From an uncultured bacterium (GTDB lineage: Bacteria; Patescibacteriota; Minisyncoccia; Phycocordibacterales; Phycocordibacteraceae): 62,962 nucleotides of DNA. Both the position numbers and the translations under genes were made by a program. Of the stretch, positions 28,833-37,731 are shown one piece after another. Numbering within the stretch: the stretch's first letter is position 1; every line of letters begins with the position of its first letter. Under the pieces are notes generated by a model, which saw only the letters and a program-made list of their open reading frames with translations, was not told the origin of the DNA and did no database searches. The stretch spans positions 1 through 62,962 of the forward strand of contig CAJEYI010000001.1 in NCBI GenBank assembly GCA_903994795.1, given 5' to 3'.

Positions 28833-29855
28833 ATGAAGATTCAAAAAAAGTTTTCAAAGCAAATGACCATGGCTTTTATACCAGGTATCGTGGTGGTTAT
28901 CGGTCTTTTGCTTGCTTCAGGTGTGTATGCTGCAGTTATTTTAGATAAAATTCCTCCAGCAGCGCCTACTGCTCTCGCTGGTTCCGCTAATAGTTCTGCA
29001 AAGGTTACCCTCACTTGGGCTGCTGCAATTGATAATGTTGGTGTAACTGCTTATCAGGTTTACAGAAATGGTCTATTGGTGGGAACTGTGGCAACTCCTG
29101 GGTATGTAGATACAGGACTAACTCAGAAAAGTGTATACAGTTACAGCGTTAGGGCAGCTGATGCAGCGGGAAATATTTCTATACCCAGCAACACAATCAC
29201 TGTACAGACACCTGTGGCGATAGTAGATAATACTGCTCCAACAGCACCTACTGCGCTTAAGGGATACGTAAATAGTTCCACAAAAATTACACTTGCGTGG
29301 ACTGCTGCAACAGACAATGTCGGTGTTGATAAATATCAGGTCTTTAGAAATTCTGTATTAGTTGGGACTTCTGCCACTCCTGGGTATGTAGATACAGGAG
29401 TAACTCAGCGAAACCACTATACTTACAGCGTAAAGGCAGTTGATGCTGCGGGAAATGTTTCCCCAGCAAGTAATGTTATCGACATGCAAACAATCTCAAC
29501 GACCTCACCTGGACCTGAAGTATTTGTTCAAAGTCAACAGGTCGTTACTGCTGTTAATGGTACTACTGGTTCTGCAAGCATCTATTGGAACACCAGTCCG
29601 TACAACACTGCCTCAAGTTCAGTGGCATATGGAACTGCAATGAATGCGCTTAATTCAAAGGTTGCAGGTTCTAATAATGTATCTGAACAGACTGTACAGT
29701 TAACGGGTCTTAGTCGAAACACAACGTACTACTACCAGGTTACTGTTACATTCCAAGTACCTCCTCCAGCACCACCAGCCGGAGTTAATGTACCTCCAAT
29801 GGTAGCTCCAAGCATATCAATGCCAGGACCTATTATGTCATTCAAGGTAAATTAA
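28833..29855 (+). CDS. secreted fibronectin type III repeat protein
   Basis: signal/TM segment; two FN3 repeats (LTWAAAIDNVGVTAYQVYRN / LAWTAATDNVGVDKYQVFRN) and a third FN3-like domain (LTGLSRNTTYYYQV). Confidence 0.85.
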   Translation: MKIQKKFSKQMTMAFIPGIVVVIGLLLASGVYAAVILDKIPPAAPTALAGSANSSAKVTLTWAAAIDNVGVTAYQVYRNGLLVGTVATPGYVDTGLTQKSVYSYSVRAADAAGNISIPSNTITVQTPVAIVDNTAPTAPTALKGYVNSSTKITLAWTAATDNVGVDKYQVFRNSVLVGTSATPGYVDTGVTQRNHYTYSVKAVDAAGNVSPASNVIDMQTISTTSPGPEVFVQSQQVVTAVNGTTGSASIYWNTSPYNTASSSVAYGTAMNALNSKVAGSNNVSEQTVQLTGLSRNTTYYYQVTVTFQVPPPAPPAGVNVPPMVAPSISMPGPIMSFKVN

Positions 29856-29876
29856 CCTTAGGTAAAAAGCATTAAG

Positions 29877-29909
29877 CAAAAAGCACCTCCGAAATGGGGT
29901 GCTTTTTGT
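29877..29909 (+). terminator. intrinsic terminator
   Basis: CAAAAAGCACCTC..GGGGTGCTTTTTG. Confidence 0.7.
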
Positions 29910-30076
29910 TTTTCAAGTATAGTTTTTAAATAGGTGTGTTACTGACAGAGAGAATGTTTGCATACTACAGAAAGGTAGTGTACAGTGCTTCTATTCGCTA
30001 CGTACGGCTGACGGCCGGACCAATGGTCAAGGATTCCTAGGAATCTGGCGCCAAAAGGCGCATTTTTACTTTACTT

Positions 30077-30700
30077 ATGAAATTTATCCTCGCCCGCAAA
30101 GGCCGCATGACTCAAATCTTCCAGGAAGATGGTCGTGTTAAGGCTGGAACTGTACTTGTTGCAGGTCCAATTACTGTTACTCAGGTGAAAACTCCTGAAG
30201 TAGATGGATACTCAGCGGTGCAGGTCGGCTTTAGTCCCCAGAAGGCCGAGAGAGTAAATAAGCCACAGCGTGCAGACAAGGCATATATGTTTGTGAAGGA
30301 ATTCCGTGCTGAAAACGCTTCAGACATTTCTGCCATGGGAGATCTCGTAGTTGGAAGCGAGATTACTCTTGATACATTTGCTGTAGGCGACGGTGTAACA
30401 GTAGTGGGAACAAGCAAAGGACGTGGATTCGCTGGTGTTGTTAAACGACATGGTTTCCATGGAGGACGTCGCTCACACGGTCAGAAGCACTCAGAGCGTG
30501 AGCCAGGTTCTATTGGTGGAGGTGGTCGCGCTGGAGGTCGTGTTGCAAAGGGTCTACGCATGGGTGGTCGCATGGGTACAGACCGCGTAACGGTGAAGAA
30601 TCTTGAGATTCTACATGTAGATGTGGCACGTGGTGAAATTATCGTCTCTGGAGCTATTCCAGGAGCGCCTAACTCTCTTGTTGAGATTGTGTCTAAATAA
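30077..30700 (+). CDS. rplC: 50S ribosomal protein uL3
   Basis: DGYSAVQ, SKGRGFAGVVKRH, REPGSIG, MGGRMG; promoter TTGCAT-N17-TACAGT at 29958-29986. Confidence 0.97.
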   Translation: MKFILARKGRMTQIFQEDGRVKAGTVLVAGPITVTQVKTPEVDGYSAVQVGFSPQKAERVNKPQRADKAYMFVKEFRAENASDISAMGDLVVGSEITLDTFAVGDGVTVVGTSKGRGFAGVVKRHGFHGGRRSHGQKHSEREPGSIGGGGRAGGRVAKGLRMGGRMGTDRVTVKNLEILHVDVARGEIIVSGAIPGAPNSLVEIVSK

Positions 30701-30706
30701 ACTTTT

Positions 30707-31516
30707 ATGTACATCAAACCTAAAACAATCATCAAGACAAAGCCAATGCGTACTCCCGCAAAGAGTAACCAGCGCAAGCGCACAACTCCTAAAGTAGTTG
30801 TAGACAAATTCCCTGCAATGCCAGGTGAGGCTATCGAAGCAAAGATCTGGAGCGTAGACGGAAAGCAGTCTGGAACAATCACACTTCCACCTGAAATCTT
30901 CAGCATGCCTTGGAATGCAGACCTCGTACACCAGGTATTTACTGGTATGCGTGCAAACGCTCGACCAACTGTTGCGAACACTAAGTTCCGCGGTGAAGTC
31001 TCTGGAGGTGGTAAGAAGCCATGGAAGCAAAAGGGTACTGGACGTGCTCGACATGGTTCAAACCGTTCTCCAATTTGGCGCAAGGGAGGTATTACTCACG
31101 GACCTCGTGCAGAGCGAGATTTCTCAGTGAAGATCAACAAGAAAATGCGCGTAGCAGCACTTATGTCAGTACTTTCTAAGAAAGTACGTGATGGTGAAGT
31201 AATCTTCGTAGACAAGCTTCTCTTCACAGAGCCAAAGACTCGAGACGCAAAGGCAATGCTTGTAGCAATTGCAGCAGCAGCTGGAGCACCAACACTTGCA
31301 ACAAAGCGTGTAAACGCTGCAGTGGTAGCATTCGCAAAGAAGGACACTATTGCTGAGAAGTCATTCCACAACATTGGTAGCGTTATCTCTGAGGAGGTTC
31401 GAAACTTGAATACGGTAGATCTTCTCAACAAGAAGTTCCTCGTTATCGAGAATCCTACTGAGGCATTTGCAGTTCTCAAAGCACGTCTCACAAAGAACAC
31501 GGCTGAAGCCGCATAA
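30707..31516 (+). CDS. rplD: 50S ribosomal protein uL4 (start uncertain: 30707, 30746 or 30818)
   Basis: RGEVSGGGKKPWKQKGTGRARHGS. Confidence 0.95.
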   Translation: MYIKPKTIIKTKPMRTPAKSNQRKRTTPKVVVDKFPAMPGEAIEAKIWSVDGKQSGTITLPPEIFSMPWNADLVHQVFTGMRANARPTVANTKFRGEVSGGGKKPWKQKGTGRARHGSNRSPIWRKGGITHGPRAERDFSVKINKKMRVAALMSVLSKKVRDGEVIFVDKLLFTEPKTRDAKAMLVAIAAAAGAPTLATKRVNAAVVAFAKKDTIAEKSFHNIGSVISEEVRNLNTVDLLNKKFLVIENPTEAFAVLKARLTKNTAEAA

Positions 31517-31527
31517 CCAATACGCCT

Positions 31528-31896
31528 ATGCCACTATTTTCTAACAACAAAAAAGAGACTAAGCAGCAGATGATTGCATCAGCTAAGAAGCTTGGAAAAA
31601 TCACTGCAGAGGATGGACGACATCACTCAGTGCTTCGAGCACCTTGGCTTTCTGAGAAGGCACTTATCGGCACAGAGAACGGTGTCTACGTATTCGAAGT
31701 ACCACCAGCAGCTACTAAGTATGAAATTGCAGCAGCAGTTGAAGCAATATACAAAGTAACTCCTCGCCAGATTCGTGTTGCTAATCTCCCTGCAAAGAAG
31801 AAAGCACTTCGCACTCGCCGTGGATTTGGAGTACGTGCTGCTCGTCACAAGGCATATGTGTACCTTAAGAAAGGCGACACTATTCAATTTGCATAG
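31528..31896 (+). CDS. rplW: 50S ribosomal protein uL23
   Basis: SEKA, YVFEV, ATKYEIAAAVEAIY, KAYVYLK. Confidence 0.93.
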   Translation: MPLFSNNKKETKQQMIASAKKLGKITAEDGRHHSVLRAPWLSEKALIGTENGVYVFEVPPAATKYEIAAAVEAIYKVTPRQIRVANLPAKKKALRTRRGFGVRAARHKAYVYLKKGDTIQFA

Positions 31897-31912
31897 TCCT
31901 AGCCAATAGCTT

Positions 31913-32755
31913 ATGAAAACATACAAACCAACCTCAAAAAGCCGACGACAGATGACAACCGTGACATATCGCGGTGTACTTTCTGGCGACAAGCCACACA
32001 AGGCTCTCCTCAGTACTAAGAAGAATCGTGCAGGACGAAACAATCAGGGTCGCATCACTACTCGTCACCAGGGTGGAGGTCACAAGAAGCGACTTCGCGA
32101 TGTAGATTTCGCATACAACAAGAAGAACATCCCTGCAAAGATCGAGACTATCGAATATGATCCATACCGAACAGCATTCATCGCTCTAGCGCTTTATGCA
32201 GATGGAGAGCGTCGATACGTAACAGCTATCAAGGATATGAAAGTTGGAGATACATTCATCGTTGGAGAAGATGCTCCTGTAAAGCCAGGAAATCGTATGC
32301 CTCTCGGCAAGATTCCTTCTGGAACATTTATCTACAATATCGAGCTTAAGCTCGGAGCAGGAGCTCGCCTAGCGCGCTCTGCTGGTAACTACGCAGAAGT
32401 TGTGGCTCATGACTCAGGATACGCCCAGATCAAGCTTCCTTCTTCTGAAATTCGTAAGGTGTCTGATCTTTGCTACGCATCTATCGGTGCAGTAAGTAAC
32501 GAAGAACAGCGACTTGTGAACTATGGAAAGGCTGGAAAGTCACGATGGATGGGTATTCGCCCTACAGTACGTGGTACAGCAATGAACCCTGTTGATCACC
32601 CACACGGAGGTGGTGAAGGACGTCAGGGACGTGGTCTACGACGCGCAAAGAGCATGTGGGGCAAGCCTACAGGAAAGGGTCAGAAGACTCGAACTCCAAA
32701 GAAGTACTCGAATTCATTTATCGTTTCAAGACGAAAGGTTGGGAAGAAGCGGTAG
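31913..32755 (+). CDS. rplB: 50S ribosomal protein uL2
   Basis: GRNNQGRIT, EYDP, RGTAMNPVDHPHGGGEG. Confidence 0.98.
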   Translation: MKTYKPTSKSRRQMTTVTYRGVLSGDKPHKALLSTKKNRAGRNNQGRITTRHQGGGHKKRLRDVDFAYNKKNIPAKIETIEYDPYRTAFIALALYADGERRYVTAIKDMKVGDTFIVGEDAPVKPGNRMPLGKIPSGTFIYNIELKLGAGARLARSAGNYAEVVAHDSGYAQIKLPSSEIRKVSDLCYASIGAVSNEEQRLVNYGKAGKSRWMGIRPTVRGTAMNPVDHPHGGGEGRQGRGLRRAKSMWGKPTGKGQKTRTPKKYSNSFIVSRRKVGKKR

Positions 32756-32781
32756 TAGGCCTCTGGTAAAAAGAAGTTCGC

Positions 32782-32838
32782 AAAAGAATACGAAAAATGG
32801 CCCTCTAAATTCTGACGGGCCATTTTTCGTATTCTTTT
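32782..32838 (+). terminator. 22-bp perfect hairpin with conserved loop TCTAAATTCTGAC (copy 1)
   Basis: AAAAGAATACGAAAAATGGCCC-tctaaattctgac-GGGCCATTTTTCGTATTCTTTT. Confidence 0.85.
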
Positions 32839-32949
32839 TGCCGTACCGAAAAGTTATCCACAGGCTTTATTTTCTCACTATTTTATTTTCATATTTATTT
32901 CAGCTCGCTATGCTACATTCTTGCCATACCAATTTAACGAAATACGAAT

Positions 32950-33255
32950 ATGGCACGAAAAAACCAAAGCACTCATACAACAGAAGTATTCATTAATAAC
33001 AATCATGCAGGCTACTCAGAACACGAGCATCTTTTGGAGCATGTTCATTTCCTAGAAGAACGAACTACCGAACTAGAAGAGAAAGTAGACTTCTTTCAGA
33101 CGATTTTCCAGGATTTACTAGATGATGAAGACGACGAGGATGAGGATACAGAAGATGAGGTAGGAGAAGATGAATACGAAGATGAAGAAGACCTCTTCGA
33201 AAATGGCCTGTGTGGCCATTCGTGTTGCTGTGTGTGGAGTCGTGTGGTGAGTTAG
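32950..33255 (+). CDS. small acidic hypothetical protein
   Basis: His-rich start, short coiled coil, D/E tract, C-terminal CGHSCCC. Confidence 0.6.
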   Translation: MARKNQSTHTTEVFINNNHAGYSEHEHLLEHVHFLEERTTELEEKVDFFQTIFQDLLDDEDDEDEDTEDEVGEDEYEDEEDLFENGLCGHSCCCVWSRVVS

Positions 33256-33297
33256 GGGTGTTTATAACCAAAAAATCACCATGATAAACTTACTACT

Positions 33298-33780
33298 ATG
33301 ACGGCGGACACAGAGCTAATTATTACTGAACTCACAAAAGTATTTGATTCTAAAATCGATCAATTAGGTAGTGAAATCAATGGAAGGTTCGAGCTGATGG
33401 ACACAGCTTTTGCTGATTTAGCATCTGCGATGCAGTATGGATTTGAGAAGGTTTACGATAGATTCGACGAGGTCGATGAGAGATTCGAGAATGTTGAGGG
33501 TAGATTAGGTAGAATCGAAGGCAGATCGGATAACTTTGAGAGCAGAATGAATAGAATCGATGAAAGTATCGAGTATTTGAAAGTAGAGATGAGAGACGTA
33601 AAGACGAGAGTCATTCACCTGGAGTCCTCTATGGAAGAAGTGCAGGAAAGTCTTGCAAATCTTGAAAACGCTGAAGAAAAAGACGCAAAAGCTACTATTA
33701 ATCACGAAACACGTATACAGAAGCTCGAAAAGGTAAATAAAATCAAACCGAAACCAGTGGCGCACTTATTGAATATATGA
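33298..33780 (+). CDS. heptad-repeat coiled-coil protein (paralog of 51204-51608)
   Basis: DLA.....GF..V motif followed by 7-aa repeats VDERFEN VEGRLGR IEGRSDN. Confidence 0.75.
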   Translation: MTADTELIITELTKVFDSKIDQLGSEINGRFELMDTAFADLASAMQYGFEKVYDRFDEVDERFENVEGRLGRIEGRSDNFESRMNRIDESIEYLKVEMRDVKTRVIHLESSMEEVQESLANLENAEEKDAKATINHETRIQKLEKVNKIKPKPVAHLLNI

Positions 33781-33882
33781 GCAGGAGAGGGCACAAGAAC
33801 CCTCATAAAGCCGTCATAATTTGACAGTCTGCCTCATTTCGTATAGATTTTATCTATCCCGCGTCGCGGGCTTTTACTTCTC

Positions 33883-34236
33883 ATGTCACGATCACTCAAG
33901 AAAGGACCCTACATCGACGTTAAGTTGATGAAAAAGGTAACAACAGCAGGAAAACCCTCAACTTCAGGGGTTATTAAGACATGGGCTCGTAGAAGCCAAA
34001 TTGCTCCGGAAATGGTTGGTTTCACCTTTGGAGTTCATAATGGTAAGTCACACGTTGACGTACTAGTGAGCGAAGATATGGTTGGTCACCGACTAGGTGA
34101 ATTCTCACCAACGAAGAAATTCGTTCGTCACGGAGGAAAGATGCAGAAAGATCTCGAGCAGAAGCGCCAGGCTTCTGAGATTGCAGCAGCTAAGGCTGCA
34201 AAGGCAGCACCTGCGGCTCCTGCAAAGAAGAAGTAG
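33883..34236 (+). CDS. rpsS: 30S ribosomal protein uS19
   Basis: [21 protein letters not shown]; promoter TTGACA-N17-TAGATT at 33821-33849. Confidence 0.97.
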   Translation: MSRSLKKGPYIDVKLMKKVTTAGKPSTSGVIKTWARRSQIAPEMVGFTFGVHNGKSHVDVLVSEDMVGHRLGEFSPTKKFVRHGGKMQKDLEQKRQASEIAAAKAAKAAPAAPAKKK

Positions 34237-34273
34237 CCCCAGTAATCAGACCTCTCACTTTCACCAAACTCTT

Positions 34274-34630
34274 ATGCGCGCAATACTAACCAGCCACAAT
34301 CAGCCACCTCGCAAGGTTCGTCTTGTGACAGAGCTTGTAAAGGGAAAGAATGTGTCTGAGGCACTTGCGATTTTGTCGTTCTTGCCAAAGCGCGCATCTC
34401 AGCCAATTGCAAAGCTCATTGCTTCAGCTGCTGCAAATGCAACAGTGAAGGGTGAGGATCCTGCAACTCTACGAGTGAAGAACATCACTGTAGATAGTGC
34501 TGGAATGCTCGTACGCATGATGCCTCGCGCTATGGGACGTGGAGCTCCTATTCGCCGTCGAAAGAGCTCTGTGACTGTAACCCTCGACACTAACGCGAAG
34601 ATTGGAAAGACTAAGAAAGTCGCAAAATAG
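34274..34630 (+). CDS. rplV: 50S ribosomal protein uL22
   Basis: PRKVRLV, SAAANA, PRAMGRG. Confidence 0.95.
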   Translation: MRAILTSHNQPPRKVRLVTELVKGKNVSEALAILSFLPKRASQPIAKLIASAAANATVKGEDPATLRVKNITVDSAGMLVRMMPRAMGRGAPIRRRKSSVTVTLDTNAKIGKTKKVAK

Positions 34631-34641
34631 ATTTTAATACC

Positions 34642-35382
34642 ATGACACACACCGTACATCCTTACGCACACCGACTTGGCATCATTCGCGATTGGCGAAG
34701 CCGATGGTTTGCTGCAGACAAGAAGACATACCGCGAGAACGTTCTCGTAGATCAGACTGTTCGCGTATTCCTCAAGAAGCGCCTAAAGGGAATGCACGTA
34801 ACTGAAATCGAAATCGAGCGAACACAGAGCGAGGTTCGTGTGCTTCTTCACACTGCTCGCCCAGGTCTCGTTATTGGTCGCTCAGGTGAGAATGCAGGAA
34901 AGCTCCGCAAGGAAGTTACTGATGTCATCCGAAAGGTTGCTCCTCTACACGGCCGAACAGTTAAGCTCGACATCATGGAAATCCGCCAGCCTGAAACAAG
35001 CGCAGCTATCGTAGGATTTATGATTGCTGAAGGGCTTGAGAAGCGTATGCCATTCCGACGTGTACTTAAGCAGACACTTGAGAAAGTAATGGCGGTTCGA
35101 GAAGTTATCGGTATCCGCGTGGTGATCTCAGGACGCCTTGGAGGTGCTGATATGTCTCGCACAGAGCAGATGAAGCGAGGACGTGTGCCTCTTCAGACAT
35201 TCCGTGCAAACATCGACTACGCACAGGTAGAGGCAAACCTTCCATACGGTGTTATCGGTATCAAGGTGTGGATCTACATGGGTGATCAGTTTAACGATCG
35301 CGAACACCAGGCAACTCAGGCTCCTCAGCAGCAGGCAGCACCTCGAGCAATGTCACGCCAGCCAGCTGGTCGCACTTCATAA
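34642..35382 (+). CDS. rpsC: 30S ribosomal protein uS3
   Basis: HTARPGLVIG, GRVPLQTFRANIDY, GVIGIKVW. Confidence 0.97.
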   Translation: MTHTVHPYAHRLGIIRDWRSRWFAADKKTYRENVLVDQTVRVFLKKRLKGMHVTEIEIERTQSEVRVLLHTARPGLVIGRSGENAGKLRKEVTDVIRKVAPLHGRTVKLDIMEIRQPETSAAIVGFMIAEGLEKRMPFRRVLKQTLEKVMAVREVIGIRVVISGRLGGADMSRTEQMKRGRVPLQTFRANIDYAQVEANLPYGVIGIKVWIYMGDQFNDREHQATQAPQQQAAPRAMSRQPAGRTS

Positions 35383-35393
35383 TCAATACGCTT

Positions 35394-35816
35394 ATGTTAT
35401 TCCCTAAAAAAGTAAAACACCGAAAATGGCAGAGTGGCCGCAAGAGCGAAACAAAGCTCCAGCGTCCTGAGACTCGTGGTACCAAAGTATCTTTTGGTGC
35501 ATACGGTCTAAAGGCTACAACTCCTCACCGAATCACTTCAAACCAGATTGAGGCAGCTCGAAAGGTTCTCTCTCGTGCAACAGGAAAGGGAGGAAAGATG
35601 TGGATCCGAATTTTCCCAGACCGACCAGTTACTGAAAAGGCAGCAGGTCTAAAGATGGGTAAAGGAAAGGGAGATCCTAAGCACTTCGTATTCGAAGTTC
35701 GACCAGGACGAGTGATGTTTGAGATCGATGGCGTAACAGACGCAGTCGCTCGTGACGCAATGCGACGCGCTGGTTCAAAGCTTCCTGTTAAGACTACTGT
35801 CGTGACTCGAGTATAA
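35394..35816 (+). CDS. rplP: 50S ribosomal protein uL16
   Basis: QIEAAR, WIRIFPD, MGKGKG. Confidence 0.97.
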   Translation: MLFPKKVKHRKWQSGRKSETKLQRPETRGTKVSFGAYGLKATTPHRITSNQIEAARKVLSRATGKGGKMWIRIFPDRPVTEKAAGLKMGKGKGDPKHFVFEVRPGRVMFEIDGVTDAVARDAMRRAGSKLPVKTTVVTRV

Positions 35817-35827
35817 CCAAAACTATT

Positions 35828-36046
35828 ATGGCTACTAAAAAAACAAAACTAACAGAGAAGAATCCAGCAGAGCTCACAGCATTGCTTGCAAAGCAGCGTG
35901 AAGAAATGCGCACTCTCCGATTTGCATCTGCAGGAGGACGTCCAAAAGACAGCGCAGCTCCAAAGAAGACTCGTCGAAACATCGCACGAATCCTCACAGA
36001 GCTTCATGCCCAGAAGACAGCTTCAATGCTCGGAGCAAACGCATAA
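35828..36046 (+). CDS. rpmC: 50S ribosomal protein uL29
   Basis: LRF..RRNIARILT; position between rplP and rpsQ. Confidence 0.9.
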   Translation: MATKKTKLTEKNPAELTALLAKQREEMRTLRFASAGGRPKDSAAPKKTRRNIARILTELHAQKTASMLGANA

Positions 36047-36054
36047 TACTTTTT

Positions 36055-36342
36055 ATGAAAACAACACCTACAACAAAAAAAGAAACAGTAGCTAAGCCAC
36101 AGACATTCCGTGGTGTGGTTGTGAAGGCCGCAATGAAGGACACTGTAACAGTTGCAGTATCTCGCTATGTAAAGCACCCTAAGTACAAGAAATACCAGAC
36201 CCTCACAAAGAAGTATCTCGTAGAGGACACGGGAAACAAGACTCAGGTTGGTGACCAGGTTACTATCGTAGCGTGCCGCCCACTTTCAAAGCTTAAGCAC
36301 TTCACTATTTCTGAAGTAACTTCAACTGCAACAGCAGAATAA
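36055..36342 (+). CDS. rpsQ: 30S ribosomal protein uS17
   Basis: GVVV..MKDTVTV, HPKYKK, CRPLSK. Confidence 0.95.
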   Translation: MKTTPTTKKETVAKPQTFRGVVVKAAMKDTVTVAVSRYVKHPKYKKYQTLTKKYLVEDTGNKTQVGDQVTIVACRPLSKLKHFTISEVTSTATAE

Positions 36343-36363
36343 CCAAACCCTAATTACCCGCTT

Positions 36364-36741
36364 ATGATCCAAGACCAAACAATCGTAAAAGTAGCAGACA
36401 ACACTGGAGCAACCGTTGCTCGCGTCTTCAAAGTGCTTGGCGGATCAAAGCGTCGCTATGCAGAGCTTGGTGATGTTGTGGTTATCTCAGTACAAAGCGC
36501 ACAGCCTCGAAAGGCTGCAAAGAAAAAGGACATCTACAAAGCCGTAGTTGTACGTCAGGTGAAGCCATTCCGACGCGCAAACGGTTCATACGTATCTTTT
36601 GATGACAACGCAGTAGTGATTATCGAGAAGCAGGGAAAGGAAATGGGACCTAAGGGTAACCGCGTATTCGGTCCTGTACCACGTGACCTTATAGAGCGCG
36701 GATGGGGAAACATTGCGTCTCTCGCACCAGAAGTTGTATAA
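36364..36741 (+). CDS. rplN: 50S ribosomal protein uL14
   Basis: VADNTGA, FDDNAVV, SLAPEV. Confidence 0.97.
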   Translation: MIQDQTIVKVADNTGATVARVFKVLGGSKRRYAELGDVVVISVQSAQPRKAAKKKDIYKAVVVRQVKPFRRANGSYVSFDDNAVVIIEKQGKEMGPKGNRVFGPVPRDLIERGWGNIASLAPEVV

Positions 36742-36752
36742 CGACTATTTAT

Positions 36753-37064
36753 ATGAAAATGAAACTAAAAAAAGGCGATCACGTAGTAGTGGTATCAGGA
36801 AAGGACAAGGGTAAGACCGGAACTATTGAGCGTGTTATCCGAACAGATGGCAAGGTAGTAGTAGAGGGAATTGCACTCGCTAAGCACCACACAAAGGGCC
36901 GACAAGGTCAGTCTGGACAGATTATCGAGAAGCCTCGCGCTATCGATGCTTCAAACGTGATGTTTGTAGAGCCAGAGTCTAAAAAGCCTACTCGCATCGG
37001 ACGTGAACTTCGCGACGGAAAGCGCGTACGTGTGACTGCTAAAGGTAAGAAAGTACTGAGCTAG
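36753..37064 (+). CDS. rplX: 50S ribosomal protein uL24
   Basis: KKGDHVVVVSGKDKGK, IDASNV. Confidence 0.96.
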   Translation: MKMKLKKGDHVVVVSGKDKGKTGTIERVIRTDGKVVVEGIALAKHHTKGRQGQSGQIIEKPRAIDASNVMFVEPESKKPTRIGRELRDGKRVRVTAKGKKVLS

Positions 37065-37085
37065 TCTCCACATAACCAAATTTTT

Positions 37086-37619
37086 ATGATTACCAAACAA
37101 CAACAGCAATCAACATTCGAAACTCTAGGAAAGGAGTTTAAGTACACAAACGTAAATCAGTCACCAAAACTGATGAAGATTGTTGTGTCTTCAGGAGTTG
37201 GTTCAGCAAAGGACAAGGCACGCATCAAACTCGTAGAAGACCGCCTCATGCGCATCACAGGACAGAAGCCAGCAGCACGACTCGCAAAGCAGTCAGTTGC
37301 GCAGTTCAAGGTCCGTCAGGGCGATACAGTAGGCTTCCAGGTAACACTTCGCGGTACTCGCATGTATGAATTCCTTGATAAGCTCATCCATATCGCACTT
37401 CCTCGTACTCGTGACTTCCGTGGTCTAAATGCTACAGCAATCGATGACATGGGAAACATCACTATCGGTCTCAAAGAGCACTCAATCTTCCCAGAAGTAG
37501 CAGATGAGGACCTCAAGGACGTCTTCGGAGTAGCAATCACTCTCGTAACAACAGCAGGATCAAAGCCCGAAGCAGAAGCATTCTTCCGCCACCTCGGAAT
37601 TCCCCTAAAGACTGCGTAA
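37086..37619 (+). CDS. rplE: 50S ribosomal protein uL5
   Basis: ITGQKP, VTLRG, LPRTRDFRG, IFPE. Confidence 0.97.
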   Translation: MITKQQQQSTFETLGKEFKYTNVNQSPKLMKIVVSSGVGSAKDKARIKLVEDRLMRITGQKPAARLAKQSVAQFKVRQGDTVGFQVTLRGTRMYEFLDKLIHIALPRTRDFRGLNATAIDDMGNITIGLKEHSIFPEVADEDLKDVFGVAITLVTTAGSKPEAEAFFRHLGIPLKTA

Positions 37620-37638
37620 GTTTAAGTAAAGAAGTAGT

Positions 37639-37668
37639 AGTAAAAGCGCCCGAAAGGGCGCTTTTACT
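37639..37668 (+). terminator. intrinsic terminator after rplE
   Basis: AGTAAAAGCGCCC-GAAA-GGGCGCTTTTACT. Confidence 0.85.
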
Positions 37669-37731
37669 TTATAGATCAAACTTGGGGATTTGCTACGTAG
37701 CCATTGCTTGGTGGGATGCTAGTATTTACAT

